Origin: Gammaproteobacteria bacterium
Lineage (GTDB): Bacteria > Pseudomonadota > Gammaproteobacteria > Natronospirales > JASFQN01
Assembly: GCA_050115425.1 (NCBI GenBank)
Contig: JASFQN010000001.1
Location: 1 to 48,175 of the forward strand
Direction of reading: 5' to 3'
DNA: 48,175 nucleotides
Notes under the pieces: model-generated
Database searches by the model: none
Seen by the model: only the letters and a program-made list of their open reading frames with translations
Told to the model about the DNA's origin: nothing
In this document: piece after piece, positions 33,148 through 44,145 of the stretch
How the letters are laid out: each line of letters opens with the position of its first letter
How positions within the stretch are numbered: the first letter of the stretch is position 1
Position numbers and translations under genes: made by a program

Positions 33148-35709
33148 CTATTCTTCCTCGCCCTCGACGTCGTCCTCGTCGCCGTTCAGCATCTCGATAC
33201 GCTCCACGCCTACCAGGTGCTCCTCCTCGGCCAGCCTGATCAGGCGGACACCCTGGGTGTTACGGCTCATCTCGGAGATGCCGTTGACTTCCGTGCGCAC
33301 CAGGGTGCCAGCATTGCTTATCAACATGACCTCGTCGTCATCCGCCACCTGCACAGCGCCCACCACGTCGCCGTTGCGGTCGGTGGTGCGGATGCTGATC
33401 ACGCCCTGGCCGCCACGGCCCTGCACCGGGTAGTCGGAAACCGGCGTGCGCTTTCCATAGCCGTTGGCCGTTGCCGTGAGGATGCTGCCTTCCGAAACAA
33501 TGATCAGATCGGTGACATGATCATCCTCCGGCAGCCGGATACCCCGCACGCCGGCCGCGGTGCGTCCCATGGCGCGAACGTCGGTCTCCTTGAAGCGGAT
33601 GGCCTTGCCGTTGCTGGCGAAAAGCATCACGTCGCAGCTGCCGTCAGTGACGGCCACGCCCACCAGATGATCGTCCTCGCGCAAGTCCAGAGCGATGATG
33701 CCGCTGCTGCGTGGACGCGAGAAGTTCGCCAGAGACGTCTTCTTGACCGTCCCGGAACTGGTAGCCATGAACACGAAATGGTCCTCGGCATATTCGCGGA
33801 CCGGCAATACGGCGTTAATGCGTTCGTCCGGCTCCAACGGCAGAAGATTGACGATGGGTTTGCCCCTTGCCCCGCGCCCCGCCTGTGGCAACTGATAGAC
33901 CTTGAGCCAGTAGACCTTGCCGCGACTGGAGAAGCACAGAATCGTGTCATGCGTATTGGCCACGAACAGCTTGTCCACGAAGTCCTCGTCCTTGACGCTG
34001 GTCGCGGCCTTGCCGCGGCCACCACGGCGCTGCGCACGGTAGCTGTCAAGCGGCTGGGCCTTCGCGTAGCCGGCATGCGAGAGAGTGACCACCACGTCCT
34101 CCTCGCTGATCAGATCCTCGAGTGTCAGGTCGCTGTGGTCTTCGTGAATCTCGGTGCGACGATCATCCCCGTACTGATCCCGGATCTCCACGAGTTCGTC
34201 GCGAATCACCTGCGACAGACGGTCCGGGTTGGTGAGGATGTCGCGGAGGTCTGCGATCTTTTCCAGCAGATCCTTGTACTCGTTGACAATCTTGTCCTGC
34301 TCCAGGCCGGTCAGGCGGTGCAGACGCAAGTCCAGAATCGCCTGGGCCTGCGCCTCGGAAAGCCGGTACTGGCCGTCGTGCAGACCGAACTCGTCGGCCA
34401 GGCCGTCGGGCCGCGAGGCTTCGGCGCCGGCGCGCGCCAGCATGTCGCTCACCACACCCGCGGCCCAACTGCGGCCCAGCAGGCCGGCCTTGGCCTCCGC
34501 GGGACCCGGCGACCGCCGGATAAGTTCGATTACCTCATCGATATTGGCCAGCGCAACGGCCAGACCCTCCAGCACGTGGGCGCGTTCGCGCGCCTTGCGC
34601 AGGTCGTAAACCGTACGCCGCACCACCACCTCGCGCCGATGGCGCAGGAACGCCTCGAGCAGCTGCTTCAGGTTGAGCAGGCGGGGCTGCCCGTCCACCA
34701 GCGCCACCGTATTGATGCCGAAGACATTCTGCATCTGTGTGTGCTGATAGAGATTGTTCAGCACGACTTCCGCGACCTCGCCGCGGCGCAGCTCGATCAC
34801 CATGCGCATGCCGTCCTTGTCGGACTCGTCGCGCAGATTGGTGATGCCCTCGATCTTCTTGTCCTTGACCAGTTCGGCGATGCGCTCCAGCAGGCGGGCC
34901 TTGTTCACCTGGTAGGGCAGTTCGGAGACCACAATGGTCTGCTTGCCATTGCTCTCGTCGGTTTCGATGTGGGTGCGGGCACGGACATAGATGCGGCCCC
35001 GCCCCGTCAGGTAGGCCTCGCGGATGCCGCGGGCGCCGTTGATGATGCCGCCGGTGGGAAAATCCGGACCCGGCACATGCTCCATGAGGTCGCGAATTTC
35101 CAGCGCCGGATTGTCTATCAGCGCCACGCAGGCATTGACCACATCACGCAGGTTGTGCGGTGGAATGTTGGTGGCCATGCCCACGGCAATGCCGGAGGAG
35201 CCGTTGATCAGCAGATTGGGAAGGCGCGATGGCAGAACCGAGGGCTCGTGCTCCGATTCATCGTAGTTGGCAATGAAATCGACCGTTTCCTTGTCGATGT
35301 CGGCGAGCATTTCGTGCGCGATCCTGGCCATGCGCACTTCGGTGTAACGCATGGCTGCGGGTGCATCGCCATCCACAGAGCCGAAGTTGCCCTGCCCGTC
35401 CACCAGCACATAACGCATCGAGAACGGCTGCGCCATGCGCACGATGGCGTCATAAACCGCCGAATCGCCGTGCGGGTGGTATTTACCGATGACGTCGCCG
35501 ACCACACGTGCCGATTTCTTGTACGGCTTGTTGTAGTCGTTGCCCAGCTCCTTCATCGCGTACAGAACGCGGCGATGGACGGGCTTGAGTCCGTCACGGA
35601 CATCGGGAAGGGCCCTTCCCACGATCACGCTCATGGCGTAATCGAGGTAGGACTGTTTCATCTCGTCTTCGAGATTGACGTGAGATATCTCTTTGGCGAA
35701 CTCAGCCAT
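33148..35709 (-). CDS. gyrA: DNA gyrase subunit A
   Basis: 853 aa. [19 protein letters not shown] (wild-type Ser/Asp), catalytic AAMRYTE, beta-pinwheel C-terminal domain and an acidic tail. Confidence 0.98.
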   Translation of the reverse strand: MAEFAKEISHVNLEDEMKQSYLDYAMSVIVGRALPDVRDGLKPVHRRVLYAMKELGNDYNKPYKKSARVVGDVIGKYHPHGDSAVYDAIVRMAQPFSMRYVLVDGQGNFGSVDGDAPAAMRYTEVRMARIAHEMLADIDKETVDFIANYDESEHEPSVLPSRLPNLLINGSSGIAVGMATNIPPHNLRDVVNACVALIDNPALEIRDLMEHVPGPDFPTGGIINGARGIREAYLTGRGRIYVRARTHIETDESNGKQTIVVSELPYQVNKARLLERIAELVKDKKIEGITNLRDESDKDGMRMVIELRRGEVAEVVLNNLYQHTQMQNVFGINTVALVDGQPRLLNLKQLLEAFLRHRREVVVRRTVYDLRKARERAHVLEGLAVALANIDEVIELIRRSPGPAEAKAGLLGRSWAAGVVSDMLARAGAEASRPDGLADEFGLHDGQYRLSEAQAQAILDLRLHRLTGLEQDKIVNEYKDLLEKIADLRDILTNPDRLSQVIRDELVEIRDQYGDDRRTEIHEDHSDLTLEDLISEEDVVVTLSHAGYAKAQPLDSYRAQRRGGRGKAATSVKDEDFVDKLFVANTHDTILCFSSRGKVYWLKVYQLPQAGRGARGKPIVNLLPLEPDERINAVLPVREYAEDHFVFMATSSGTVKKTSLANFSRPRSSGIIALDLREDDHLVGVAVTDGSCDVMLFASNGKAIRFKETDVRAMGRTAAGVRGIRLPEDDHVTDLIIVSEGSILTATANGYGKRTPVSDYPVQGRGGQGVISIRTTDRNGDVVGAVQVADDDEVMLISNAGTLVRTEVNGISEMSRNTQGVRLIRLAEEEHLVGVERIEMLNGDEDDVEGEEE

Positions 35710-35781
35710 ACGGCGGGCCGTATCCTTGTTACCTGATTTGGGGATGACTCTGGCCCGGCCCGAAAGGCGGGCCGAACCGCA

Positions 35782-36846
<1,065 letters not shown>

Positions 36847-37025
36847 CGGCAATCATCCGTGGTCGAAGAGTAATATTGATCTGTCGGCTCGGGACACCCG
36901 CGCGGACCGGCGTTGTTCAACCGGGCAACAATGACACGAGGTTCTGCGCGGCTCAAGTTCAGCCGGGCATGATAATATGCGCCGACGCTCAGACGACCAG
37001 ACACTGACCAACGCCCGGGAGCCGA

Positions 37026-37640
37026 ATGCGTCCGATGAACCCTGCCCGCCTGTTCGCGACCCTGTTTTGCACGCTGACCCTGAGCACCGCCCTTGCCGCG
37101 GACACCACCCTGCGTGACGGCCTTGGCAATCCGGTCCGCAGCCGCGAGGGGAAATGTCTCGGCACAGAGGCCGGTGCGGCACAGGATCCGCGCTGTCTGC
37201 CTGACGCCGAAACCGATCAGGCACCCGTGGCCGCATCACCGGTCCGCGACCCCCGGTCGCCCGCGGCAGCCGAAAAACCGGCACCCGTGCGCACGGCCGA
37301 TGTCCGCCTGGTCACGCCGGTACCTTTTGCGACCGGCAAGGCCGGCCTGCCCGAGGGCGATCGCGCGGCACTGATGCAGTTTCTCACCGACCTCGAAGGG
37401 TACGCACGCGTCGACCGCATCGCGATCACCGGTTACGCGGATCCGCGCGGCCGGCGCGCCTACAATGCATGGCTCTCCGGCAAGCGCGCCGAGTCCGTGT
37501 ACCTGTACCTGCGGGCGCGCGGCATCGATCCGCGCACCACCACGACACGTGCCGGCGGCGAACTCGCGCCCCCCACCGGCAAGGGGCCGGCAGCGAGCCG
37601 TCACGTCGAAATCACGGCCCACGTTACCCTGCAGAATTGA
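37026..37640 (+). CDS. OmpA-family (OmpA/MotB C-terminal domain) secreted protein
   Basis: Signal peptide MRPMNPARLFATLFCTLTLSTALA|AD. C-terminal domain FATGKAGL...ITGYADPRGRRAYNAWLSGKRAESV. Confidence 0.8.
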   Translation: MRPMNPARLFATLFCTLTLSTALAADTTLRDGLGNPVRSREGKCLGTEAGAAQDPRCLPDAETDQAPVAASPVRDPRSPAAAEKPAPVRTADVRLVTPVPFATGKAGLPEGDRAALMQFLTDLEGYARVDRIAITGYADPRGRRAYNAWLSGKRAESVYLYLRARGIDPRTTTTRAGGELAPPTGKGPAASRHVEITAHVTLQN

Positions 37641-37674
37641 CATCACGGATCGCCAATCGGCAGCGAGGCAGACC

Positions 37675-38499
37675 ATGGACAAGATCACCCACCTGTTCGA
37701 GAACGTGAACTTCACAGGACTGTTGACCACCTGGGGCGGCAACCTCCTCCTGGCTCTGGTCATCATGATTGTCGGCCGCTGGATCGCGCGGATTCTCGGC
37801 CATGTCAGCGACCGCCTCATGCAACGCGCACGGCTCGACGCCACGCTGAGCCACTTCGTCGCCAGGGTCCTGGTCGCAACGATCACGGTCATCGCGGTTA
37901 TCGCCGGGCTCAACCAGCTCGGTGTCGAAACCACCTCGCTGGTAGCCGTTGTCGGTGCTGCCGGCCTGGCCGTGGGTCTGGCCATGAAGGACTCCCTGTC
38001 CAATTTCGCCGCCGGCGCCATGCTGATGGTGTTTCGCCCCTTCAAAGCCGGCGATTTCGTCGATGCCGGTGGCGCCAGCGGGACGGTCGAGGAAGTCAGC
38101 ATCTTTCACACCGTCATATGTACCGGCGGCAACCAGATCGTGACGGTGCCGAACGCCAATGTGTACGGCAACAACATCACCAATTATTCGGCCCGCGCCA
38201 CGCGGCGCATGGATATCGCCGTCGGCATCGACTACGACGACGACATCGCGCTCGCGAGGCGCGTGATCCACGAAGTGATTGCCGCGGATACACGCCTGCT
38301 GGCAGAGCCGGCACCGATCGTCTGGGTCACCGACTTCGGTGACAACAGCATCAACCTGAGTGTCAGGGTCTGGGCGAAAGCCACCGACTACTGGGATGCG
38401 CGCAGCGACCTTCTGGAAGCGATCAAAAAGGCCTTCGACCAGGCAGGCATCAGCATCCCGTTCCCGCAACGGGTGCTTCATCAACCAAGAGCCATCTGA
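37675..38499 (+). CDS. mechanosensitive ion channel family protein (MscS-type)
   Basis: MDKITHLFENVNFTGLLTTWGGNLLLALVIMIVGRW..., three TM helices, then ...FRPFKAGDFVDAGGASGTVEEVSIFHTVICTGGNQIVTVPN. ATG 37675 with GAGG 6 nt upstream. Confidence 0.9.
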   Translation: MDKITHLFENVNFTGLLTTWGGNLLLALVIMIVGRWIARILGHVSDRLMQRARLDATLSHFVARVLVATITVIAVIAGLNQLGVETTSLVAVVGAAGLAVGLAMKDSLSNFAAGAMLMVFRPFKAGDFVDAGGASGTVEEVSIFHTVICTGGNQIVTVPNANVYGNNITNYSARATRRMDIAVGIDYDDDIALARRVIHEVIAADTRLLAEPAPIVWVTDFGDNSINLSVRVWAKATDYWDARSDLLEAIKKAFDQAGISIPFPQRVLHQPRAI

Positions 38500-38524
38500 A
38501 TCCCCGCCGGGGAAAGGCAGTTTC

Positions 38525-39859
38525 ATGCAGCAAGCGGATTTCATTGTAGAAGCCGACTGGATCATTCCGGTGGAACCGGCGGGCCAGGTGCTCGCCGAGC
38601 ATGCCGTGGTCGTGAAAGACGGCCGGATTGTCGAACTGGCACCGGCACACCAGGCGGCACGACGCTACCCTGAGGCCAAACGCGTGAGCCGGCCGGGCCA
38701 TGTGCTGATGCCGGGTCTGGTCAACGCCCATACCCACGCGGCCATGAGCCTGCTTCGCGGGCTTGCCGACGACCTGCCCCTGATGACCTGGCTCAAGGAA
38801 CACATCTGGCCGGCCGAGAGTCGCTGGGTCAGCGCCGATTTCGTGCGCGACGGCACCGAACTGGCCGTGGCGGAAATGCTGCGCGGCGGCACGACCTGTT
38901 TCAACGACATGTATTTCTTCCCGGACATGAGCGCGCGTACCGCTCAGCGGTACGGAATCCGGGCCAGCGTTGGCATGATCGTGATCGACTTCCCCAGTCC
39001 CTGGGCGGATAACCCCGGCGAATATCTTCGCAAGGGAATGCGCCTGCGCGATGAATACCGCGGCGATCCACTGCTCAGTTTCGTGTTTGCCCCGCATGCG
39101 CCCTATACGGTGAGTGATGCCGGCCTGGGCGACATTCGCAAGTACGCCGACGAGCTCGACGTTCCAGTGCACATGCACGTTCATGAAACCGCCCACGAAG
39201 TGGCGGATGCGCTGAAGGCGCATGGCCAGCGACCGCTCGCGCGGCTGGATGCACTGGGACTGGTCAATCCCGGCTTCATGGCCGTACACATGACCCAGCT
39301 CGAAGACGCGGAAATCGCCCGCATGGCGGAAACCGGCGCCAGCGTTATCCATTGCCCTGAATCCAACCTGAAGCTGGCCAGCGGCTTCTGCCCCGTCGCC
39401 AGGCTGGTCCGCGCCGGTGTGAATGTCGGGTTGGGCACCGATGGCGCGGCCAGCAACAATGACCTCGACATGTTCGGCGAAATGCGCACCGCCGCCCTGC
39501 TGGCCAAGGGTGTGGCCGGCGATGCCGCGGCCCTGCCTGCCGAGCAGGCGCTGCGCATGGCCACGCTTTACGGCGCCCGCGCCCTCGGCCTGGGGGATCA
39601 AATCGGATCCCTGGAAGCCGGGAAGTGGGCCGACATGATTACCGTGAACATGGAGGCACCGGCCACCCGACCGCTGTATCATCCGATATCGCAGCTCGTC
39701 TACGCCGCGAGCCGAGACCAGGTCGGCGACGTCTGGGTCGCGGGCCGCCAATTGCTGAGGGATGGAAATCTCACTCAGATGAACACCGAATCACTCCGAC
39801 AACGCAGCGCAGAATGGCGCCGCCGCATCGCCGCTGCCGACGAAGGTGAGACCGAATGA
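38525..39859 (+). CDS. mtaD: amidohydrolase, 5-methylthioadenosine/S-adenosylhomocysteine deaminase-like (TRZ/ATZ family)
   Basis: MQQADFIVEADWIIPVEP...LMPGLVNAHTHAAMSLLRG (HxH metal site)...HVHET...GTDGAASNN. ATG at 38525. Conserved position between mtnA and ubiG. Confidence 0.85.
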   Translation: MQQADFIVEADWIIPVEPAGQVLAEHAVVVKDGRIVELAPAHQAARRYPEAKRVSRPGHVLMPGLVNAHTHAAMSLLRGLADDLPLMTWLKEHIWPAESRWVSADFVRDGTELAVAEMLRGGTTCFNDMYFFPDMSARTAQRYGIRASVGMIVIDFPSPWADNPGEYLRKGMRLRDEYRGDPLLSFVFAPHAPYTVSDAGLGDIRKYADELDVPVHMHVHETAHEVADALKAHGQRPLARLDALGLVNPGFMAVHMTQLEDAEIARMAETGASVIHCPESNLKLASGFCPVARLVRAGVNVGLGTDGAASNNDLDMFGEMRTAALLAKGVAGDAAALPAEQALRMATLYGARALGLGDQIGSLEAGKWADMITVNMEAPATRPLYHPISQLVYAASRDQVGDVWVAGRQLLRDGNLTQMNTESLRQRSAEWRRRIAAADEGETE

Positions 39860-40578
39860 CCGCGCAAAAGGACAACGTCGACCCGCGTGAAGTCGAAAAA
39901 TTCGCCGCCGCGGCCGATCGCTGGTGGGATCCGGAAGGGGAGTCCGGACCGCTGCATCGCATGAATCCCGTGCGGCTGGACTACATCCGCAGGCAGGTTG
40001 GCGGCCTGTCCGGCAAGCAGGCGCTCGACGTGGGCTGCGGTGGCGGCTTGCTCAGTGAAGCGATGGCGGCCGATGGTGCGACCGTCACGGGGCTCGACAT
40101 GAGCGACGAAGTCCTCGCCGTCGCGCGTCTGCATCTGGCCGAAAGCGGTCTGAGCGTCGATTACATCAAACAGTCGGTGGAAAGCCTGGCCGATGAGCGG
40201 CCAGCCGCGTTCGATGTCGTCACCTGCATGGAAATGCTGGAACACGTACCGGATCCGTCGGCCATCGTAACGGCCTGTACCACGCTCGTCCGCCCCGGCG
40301 GACACGTCATTTTCTCGACCATCAACCGGCGTCCCCTCGCCTACCTGAAGGCCATCCTCGGCGCTGAATACCTGCTGCGGCTCCTGCCTCCCGGGACCCA
40401 TGATTACTCACGCTTCATCCGGCCTTCGGAACTCGCCGGCTGGGCACGCGAGGCAGGACTGGTCGCGCGCGATGTCACAGGCCTGGAATACAATCCCCTG
40501 ACCCGGAGCTTTCGCATCGGCGGACCACCCTCGGTAAACTACCTGGCCAGCTTTGCCAGGCCCAGCCACTCACACTGA
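39856..40578 (+). CDS. ubiG: bifunctional 3-demethylubiquinol 3-O-methyltransferase / 2-polyprenyl-6-hydroxyphenol methylase
   Basis: ...EVEKFAAAADRWWDPEGESGPLHRMNPVRLDYI...LDVGCGGGLLSE (SAM motif). ATGA overlap with the mtaD stop. Confidence 0.93.
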   Translation: MTAQKDNVDPREVEKFAAAADRWWDPEGESGPLHRMNPVRLDYIRRQVGGLSGKQALDVGCGGGLLSEAMAADGATVTGLDMSDEVLAVARLHLAESGLSVDYIKQSVESLADERPAAFDVVTCMEMLEHVPDPSAIVTACTTLVRPGGHVIFSTINRRPLAYLKAILGAEYLLRLLPPGTHDYSRFIRPSELAGWAREAGLVARDVTGLEYNPLTRSFRIGGPPSVNYLASFARPSHSH

Positions 40579-40579
40579 C

Positions 40580-41251
40580 ATGCCGCGACCGCGCAATATC
40601 CTCTTCGATCTGGATGGCACGCTGGCGGATACCGCCGTGGATCTCGCCGGAGCTCTCAACGAGCTGCTTGTCGAGCAGGGGCGACCGCCGCTGCCCTTCG
40701 AGCAGATCCGCCCCGTGGTCTCCGACGGCAGTCCGGCGATGCTCGGCCTGGCTTTCGGAGTGAAACGCGGTGAACCGGGCTTCGAACAACTTCGCAACCG
40801 ATTCCTGGAGCTCTACGCAGCGGATCTCAGCCGCGGCACCCGGCTGTTCAGGGGAGTCGAAGAGCTGCTGGCCGCGCTCGATGGGCGCCGCCTTCCCTGG
40901 GGCATCGTCACCAACAAACCTGCGGCCCTCACGGCTCCTCTGTTGAGCGCCCTGGCACTGGATATCCGCAGCGCCTGCGTGGTCAGCGGCGACACCCTGG
41001 AGCGGAACAAGCCGCATCCGGATCCCCTTCTCCATGCCTGCCGCCTGTGCGCCATGGAACCGGGCGAAACCGTCTATGTCGGTGACGCGCGACGTGACGT
41101 GGAGGCCGCGCATGCGGCCGGCATGGCCTGCGTCGTGGCCGGCTACGGCTACCTGGGCGCCGGCGAAAACCCGACCGACTGGAACGCGGAAGGCATCATC
41201 AGCGAACCGGGCCAACTACTCGACTGGCTCGACCGGCTCGCGGTAGCCTGA
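40580..41251 (+). CDS. HAD-family phosphatase (phosphoglycolate phosphatase / MurNAc-6-P phosphatase-like)
   Basis: MPRPRNILFDLDGTLADT (DxDGT motif)...TNKP...YVGDARRDVEAAHAAGM. ATG 40580 lies 1 nt after the ubiG TGA. Confidence 0.85.
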   Translation: MPRPRNILFDLDGTLADTAVDLAGALNELLVEQGRPPLPFEQIRPVVSDGSPAMLGLAFGVKRGEPGFEQLRNRFLELYAADLSRGTRLFRGVEELLAALDGRRLPWGIVTNKPAALTAPLLSALALDIRSACVVSGDTLERNKPHPDPLLHACRLCAMEPGETVYVGDARRDVEAAHAAGMACVVAGYGYLGAGENPTDWNAEGIISEPGQLLDWLDRLAVA

Positions 41252-41255
41252 GCGG

Positions 41256-42542
41256 ATGAATATCTCCATCGTCATTCTCGGCGTCCTGTTGCTGGCCGCC
41301 GGCCTGATCGTCGGCTTCCTGGCCGGCTACCTTCGAGGCCGGCGCCGGGCGGTTGGCCTGGAACGCGAACTGACCCGGCTGGAAACCCTGCTCGAGAGCG
41401 AGCGCACACGCACTGCCGAGCAACGCGATCTGCTCGAACAGGCACGCAAACAGCTCACCGATACCTTTCAGGCGCTGGCCGGCAATGCCCTGAAGGCCAA
41501 CAACGAGCAATTCCTGAAACTCGCCCGCGAAAATCTCAACAACTTCCAGACGCAGGCGAAAAACGAACTGGAAAAGCGCGAAAAGGGCGTCGCCGAACTG
41601 GTCAAGCCGATCAGCGAAGCACTCAGGAAGACCGAAGAACAGATTCAGCGCATCGAGAAGGAACGCAAGGAAGCCTATGGCAGCATTTCGCGCTACCTTG
41701 AAACCATGACCCGAACCCAGCAGCAACTGGAATCCGAGACCCGCAACCTGGTGAAGGCGCTGCGCCGTCCCGAGGTGCGCGGTCAGTGGGGCGAACTGAC
41801 CCTCCGCCGGCTGGCGGAACTGGCGGGCATGGTTGACCACTGCGATTTCTACGAACAGGAACACCACCGCACCGAGGACGGCGCCATGCGCCCGGACATG
41901 ATTGTGCGCCTGCCCAACCAGCGTGAACTTGTGGTGGACGTCAAGACACCGCTGGACAGCTACCTGACCGCGGTGGAAGCCACCGACGATACCGCCCGTG
42001 AGGCGGCGCTGGCCCACCACGCGCGCAAGGTGCGCGAACGCGTGCGCGAACTGGCCACCAAGAGCTATTGGAATCAGTTTAAGAACAGTCCGGAATTCGT
42101 GATTCTCTTCATCCCCGGGGAACAGTTCCTGAGTGCCGCGCTGGATCGCGATCCGGCACTGCTGGAAGACGCTCTGGAAAAGAAGGTGATTGTGGCGACG
42201 CCCACCAGCCTCGTGGCGCTGCTCAAGGCCGTCGCCTACGGCTGGCGCCAGGAAGCACTGGCTGAAAACGCCGAACATATCCGCGACCTGGCCTCGGACC
42301 TGTATGGCCGGCTGGGTACCTTTGCCAACCACCTCGCCACGCTCGGCCGCTCGCTGGGTCAGAGCGTGGACCGCTATAACAAGGCGGTCGGCTCGCTGGA
42401 ACGCAATGTCCTGCCGGGTGCCCGGCGCTTTGCGGAGATGGGTGTGCACGCCCGCAAACCGATTGAAAACCTGGAGCCCGTGGACCAGAATCCCCGCTCG
42501 GTGGATATCCCCGAGCGCGAACGCAGCGAAGACTCCAGTTGA
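41256..42542 (+). CDS. rmuC: DNA recombination protein RmuC
   Basis: N-terminal TM helix, long coiled coil and a C-terminal RmuC nuclease-like domain (...RPDMIVRLPNQRELVVDVKTPL...FVILFIPGEQFL...). Confidence 0.93.
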   Translation: MNISIVILGVLLLAAGLIVGFLAGYLRGRRRAVGLERELTRLETLLESERTRTAEQRDLLEQARKQLTDTFQALAGNALKANNEQFLKLARENLNNFQTQAKNELEKREKGVAELVKPISEALRKTEEQIQRIEKERKEAYGSISRYLETMTRTQQQLESETRNLVKALRRPEVRGQWGELTLRRLAELAGMVDHCDFYEQEHHRTEDGAMRPDMIVRLPNQRELVVDVKTPLDSYLTAVEATDDTAREAALAHHARKVRERVRELATKSYWNQFKNSPEFVILFIPGEQFLSAALDRDPALLEDALEKKVIVATPTSLVALLKAVAYGWRQEALAENAEHIRDLASDLYGRLGTFANHLATLGRSLGQSVDRYNKAVGSLERNVLPGARRFAEMGVHARKPIENLEPVDQNPRSVDIPERERSEDSS

Positions 42543-43342
42543 TGGCTTCCGAAGACCACTACTGCCGGGAAAAGCTCGAAAAGCTCGGTCATGGTTTCGC
42601 CCTGACCCGGCTTTTCACCGACCAGACCCAACGGGCCGCACTGTTGGCCGTGCATGCCCTTCGTCATGAACTTCGCGAGGTGGTGGAAACCTTGCCCGAC
42701 CCCGAAATCAGTCAGGTCAGGCTCGACTGGTGGCGGGAGGAGATTCCGCGTATCGCGGAGGGACGCGGCGCACATCCGATAAGCCTGGCCCTGTCGCGGG
42801 CTTTCGACAACTGCGGGGTCCCCGAATCACAGCTGGCAGACATGGTTGACGGTGCGGAAATGCTGCTCGCCACACCCGCCTTCTCGAGTGAGGAGCAACT
42901 CGATCTCTACCTGTATCGCTGGGGCGGCGCAGTACAGGTCGCCCTCGCGCTGGGCGGAGGCGCCAATGAGCAGGCAACCTTTGATGCCGCTGCACGCCTG
43001 GGCCAGGCGGAGGCATTGGCCGGCGTCGTGGCCCGCGTGCCACAGGACGGTCGTGTGGGTCGCCACCTCATTCCACCGGCAGTCTTTGCCCGCCACGGTG
43101 GCAACGCGGAGGAAGCATCGCCGTCCCTGCCTGCCGGACTCCTGATGGAATACCTTGACCGAATTCAGCAGGAAACACGCGAGGCGCTGCTGGCAACCCC
43201 GGTGGGCGAAAGGCGGCTCCAGCGACCGGCGGCAATACTTACGCACCTGGCGGCAGCCGAGGCCCAGCGCAAGGACGGCTCCGCCCTGCCCGCCTTTCGA
43301 ACGCTCTGGATTGCCTGGCGCAGCGCGCGTCTCGCGGCCTGA
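42542..43342 (+). CDS. squalene/phytoene-synthase-family protein with degenerate Asp-rich motifs
   Basis: Isoprenoid-synthase-like helical pattern (...RAALLAVHALRHELREVVE..., ...YLYRWGGAVQVAL..., ...LGQAEALAGVVARVPQDGRVGRHLIP...). The ATG overlaps the rmuC TGA (TGATG). Confidence 0.65.
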   Translation: MASEDHYCREKLEKLGHGFALTRLFTDQTQRAALLAVHALRHELREVVETLPDPEISQVRLDWWREEIPRIAEGRGAHPISLALSRAFDNCGVPESQLADMVDGAEMLLATPAFSSEEQLDLYLYRWGGAVQVALALGGGANEQATFDAAARLGQAEALAGVVARVPQDGRVGRHLIPPAVFARHGGNAEEASPSLPAGLLMEYLDRIQQETREALLATPVGERRLQRPAAILTHLAAAEAQRKDGSALPAFRTLWIAWRSARLAA

Positions 43343-43375
43343 CCAAAGTCGACAATCAACAACGAGGAGAAATGC

Positions 43376-44128
43376 ATGCCGGAAAGCCTCCGGAACTACA
43401 AGGCCCCCGACAAGGCCCTTGCCGACCGCGTCATTCTGGTGACCGGGGCCGGGGATGGCATCGGACGCGCCGTGTCCCTGGCACTGGCCGCGCACGGCGC
43501 CACCGTGATCCTGCTGGGCCGCACCGTGAAGAAGCTGGAATCGGTGTATGACGAAATCGTCGACGGCGGCGGCCCTACCCCGGCGATCTATCCGTTGAAT
43601 CTTGAAGGCGCCAAGGAAAGCGACTATGAGGACATGGCCGAACGCATCGAGCGTGAATATGGCCGGCTCGACGGGCTGCTCCACAACGCCGGGATTCTGG
43701 GCTACCTGTCGCCCATTCAGCACCTGGACGGCATGGACTGGGCGCGCGTCATGCATGTGAATCTGACCGCGCCTTTCCTGATGACCAAGGCGCTCCTTCC
43801 AGTGCTGGAAAAATCCGGCGACGCCTCGGTGGTATTCACCTCAAGCGGGGTGGGACGGAAAGGACGCGCCTACTGGGGGGCATACGCCGTCTCCAAATTC
43901 GGCACTGAGGGACTCATGCAGGTGCTGGCGGATGAGCTGGAAAATGCCGGGCGCGTACGCGTCAACAGCATCAACCCGGGCGCCACACGCACCCAGATGC
44001 GCCAATCCGCCTATCCGGGCGAGGATCCCGATACCCTGCCTGCCCCCGAGGACATCACCGCAGGTTATCTGTACCTGCTGGGTCCGGGAAGCAAGGGTGT
44101 CACGGGGCAGGCGTTCGACGCCCAATAG
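43376..44128 (+). CDS. yciK: SDR-family oxidoreductase, YciK-like
   Basis: VILVTGAGDGIGRAV (TGxxxGxG), ...SSGVG..., YAVSK (YxxxK). GAGGAGA RBS 5 nt upstream. Confidence 0.88.
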   Translation: MPESLRNYKAPDKALADRVILVTGAGDGIGRAVSLALAAHGATVILLGRTVKKLESVYDEIVDGGGPTPAIYPLNLEGAKESDYEDMAERIEREYGRLDGLLHNAGILGYLSPIQHLDGMDWARVMHVNLTAPFLMTKALLPVLEKSGDASVVFTSSGVGRKGRAYWGAYAVSKFGTEGLMQVLADELENAGRVRVNSINPGATRTQMRQSAYPGEDPDTLPAPEDITAGYLYLLGPGSKGVTGQAFDAQ

Positions 44129-44145
44129 ACAAACCCGCAGATGAA

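Noticed and set aside
32374-35736. 1120-aa plus-strand ORF, the longest of many long ORFs lying antisense to annotated genes. Others include 19803-21365, 22153-23217, 26120-27472, 38450-39751, 41199-42449, 44203-45312 and 47024-48010.
   Set aside because: They lie exactly antisense to unmistakable housekeeping genes (gyrA/serC, uvrB, galU, rpsA, mtaD, rmuC, rluB, trpS). Their translations are Arg/Gly/His/Ala/Val-rich with no domain signatures. This is the expected stop-codon-poor antisense frame of a high-GC genome.
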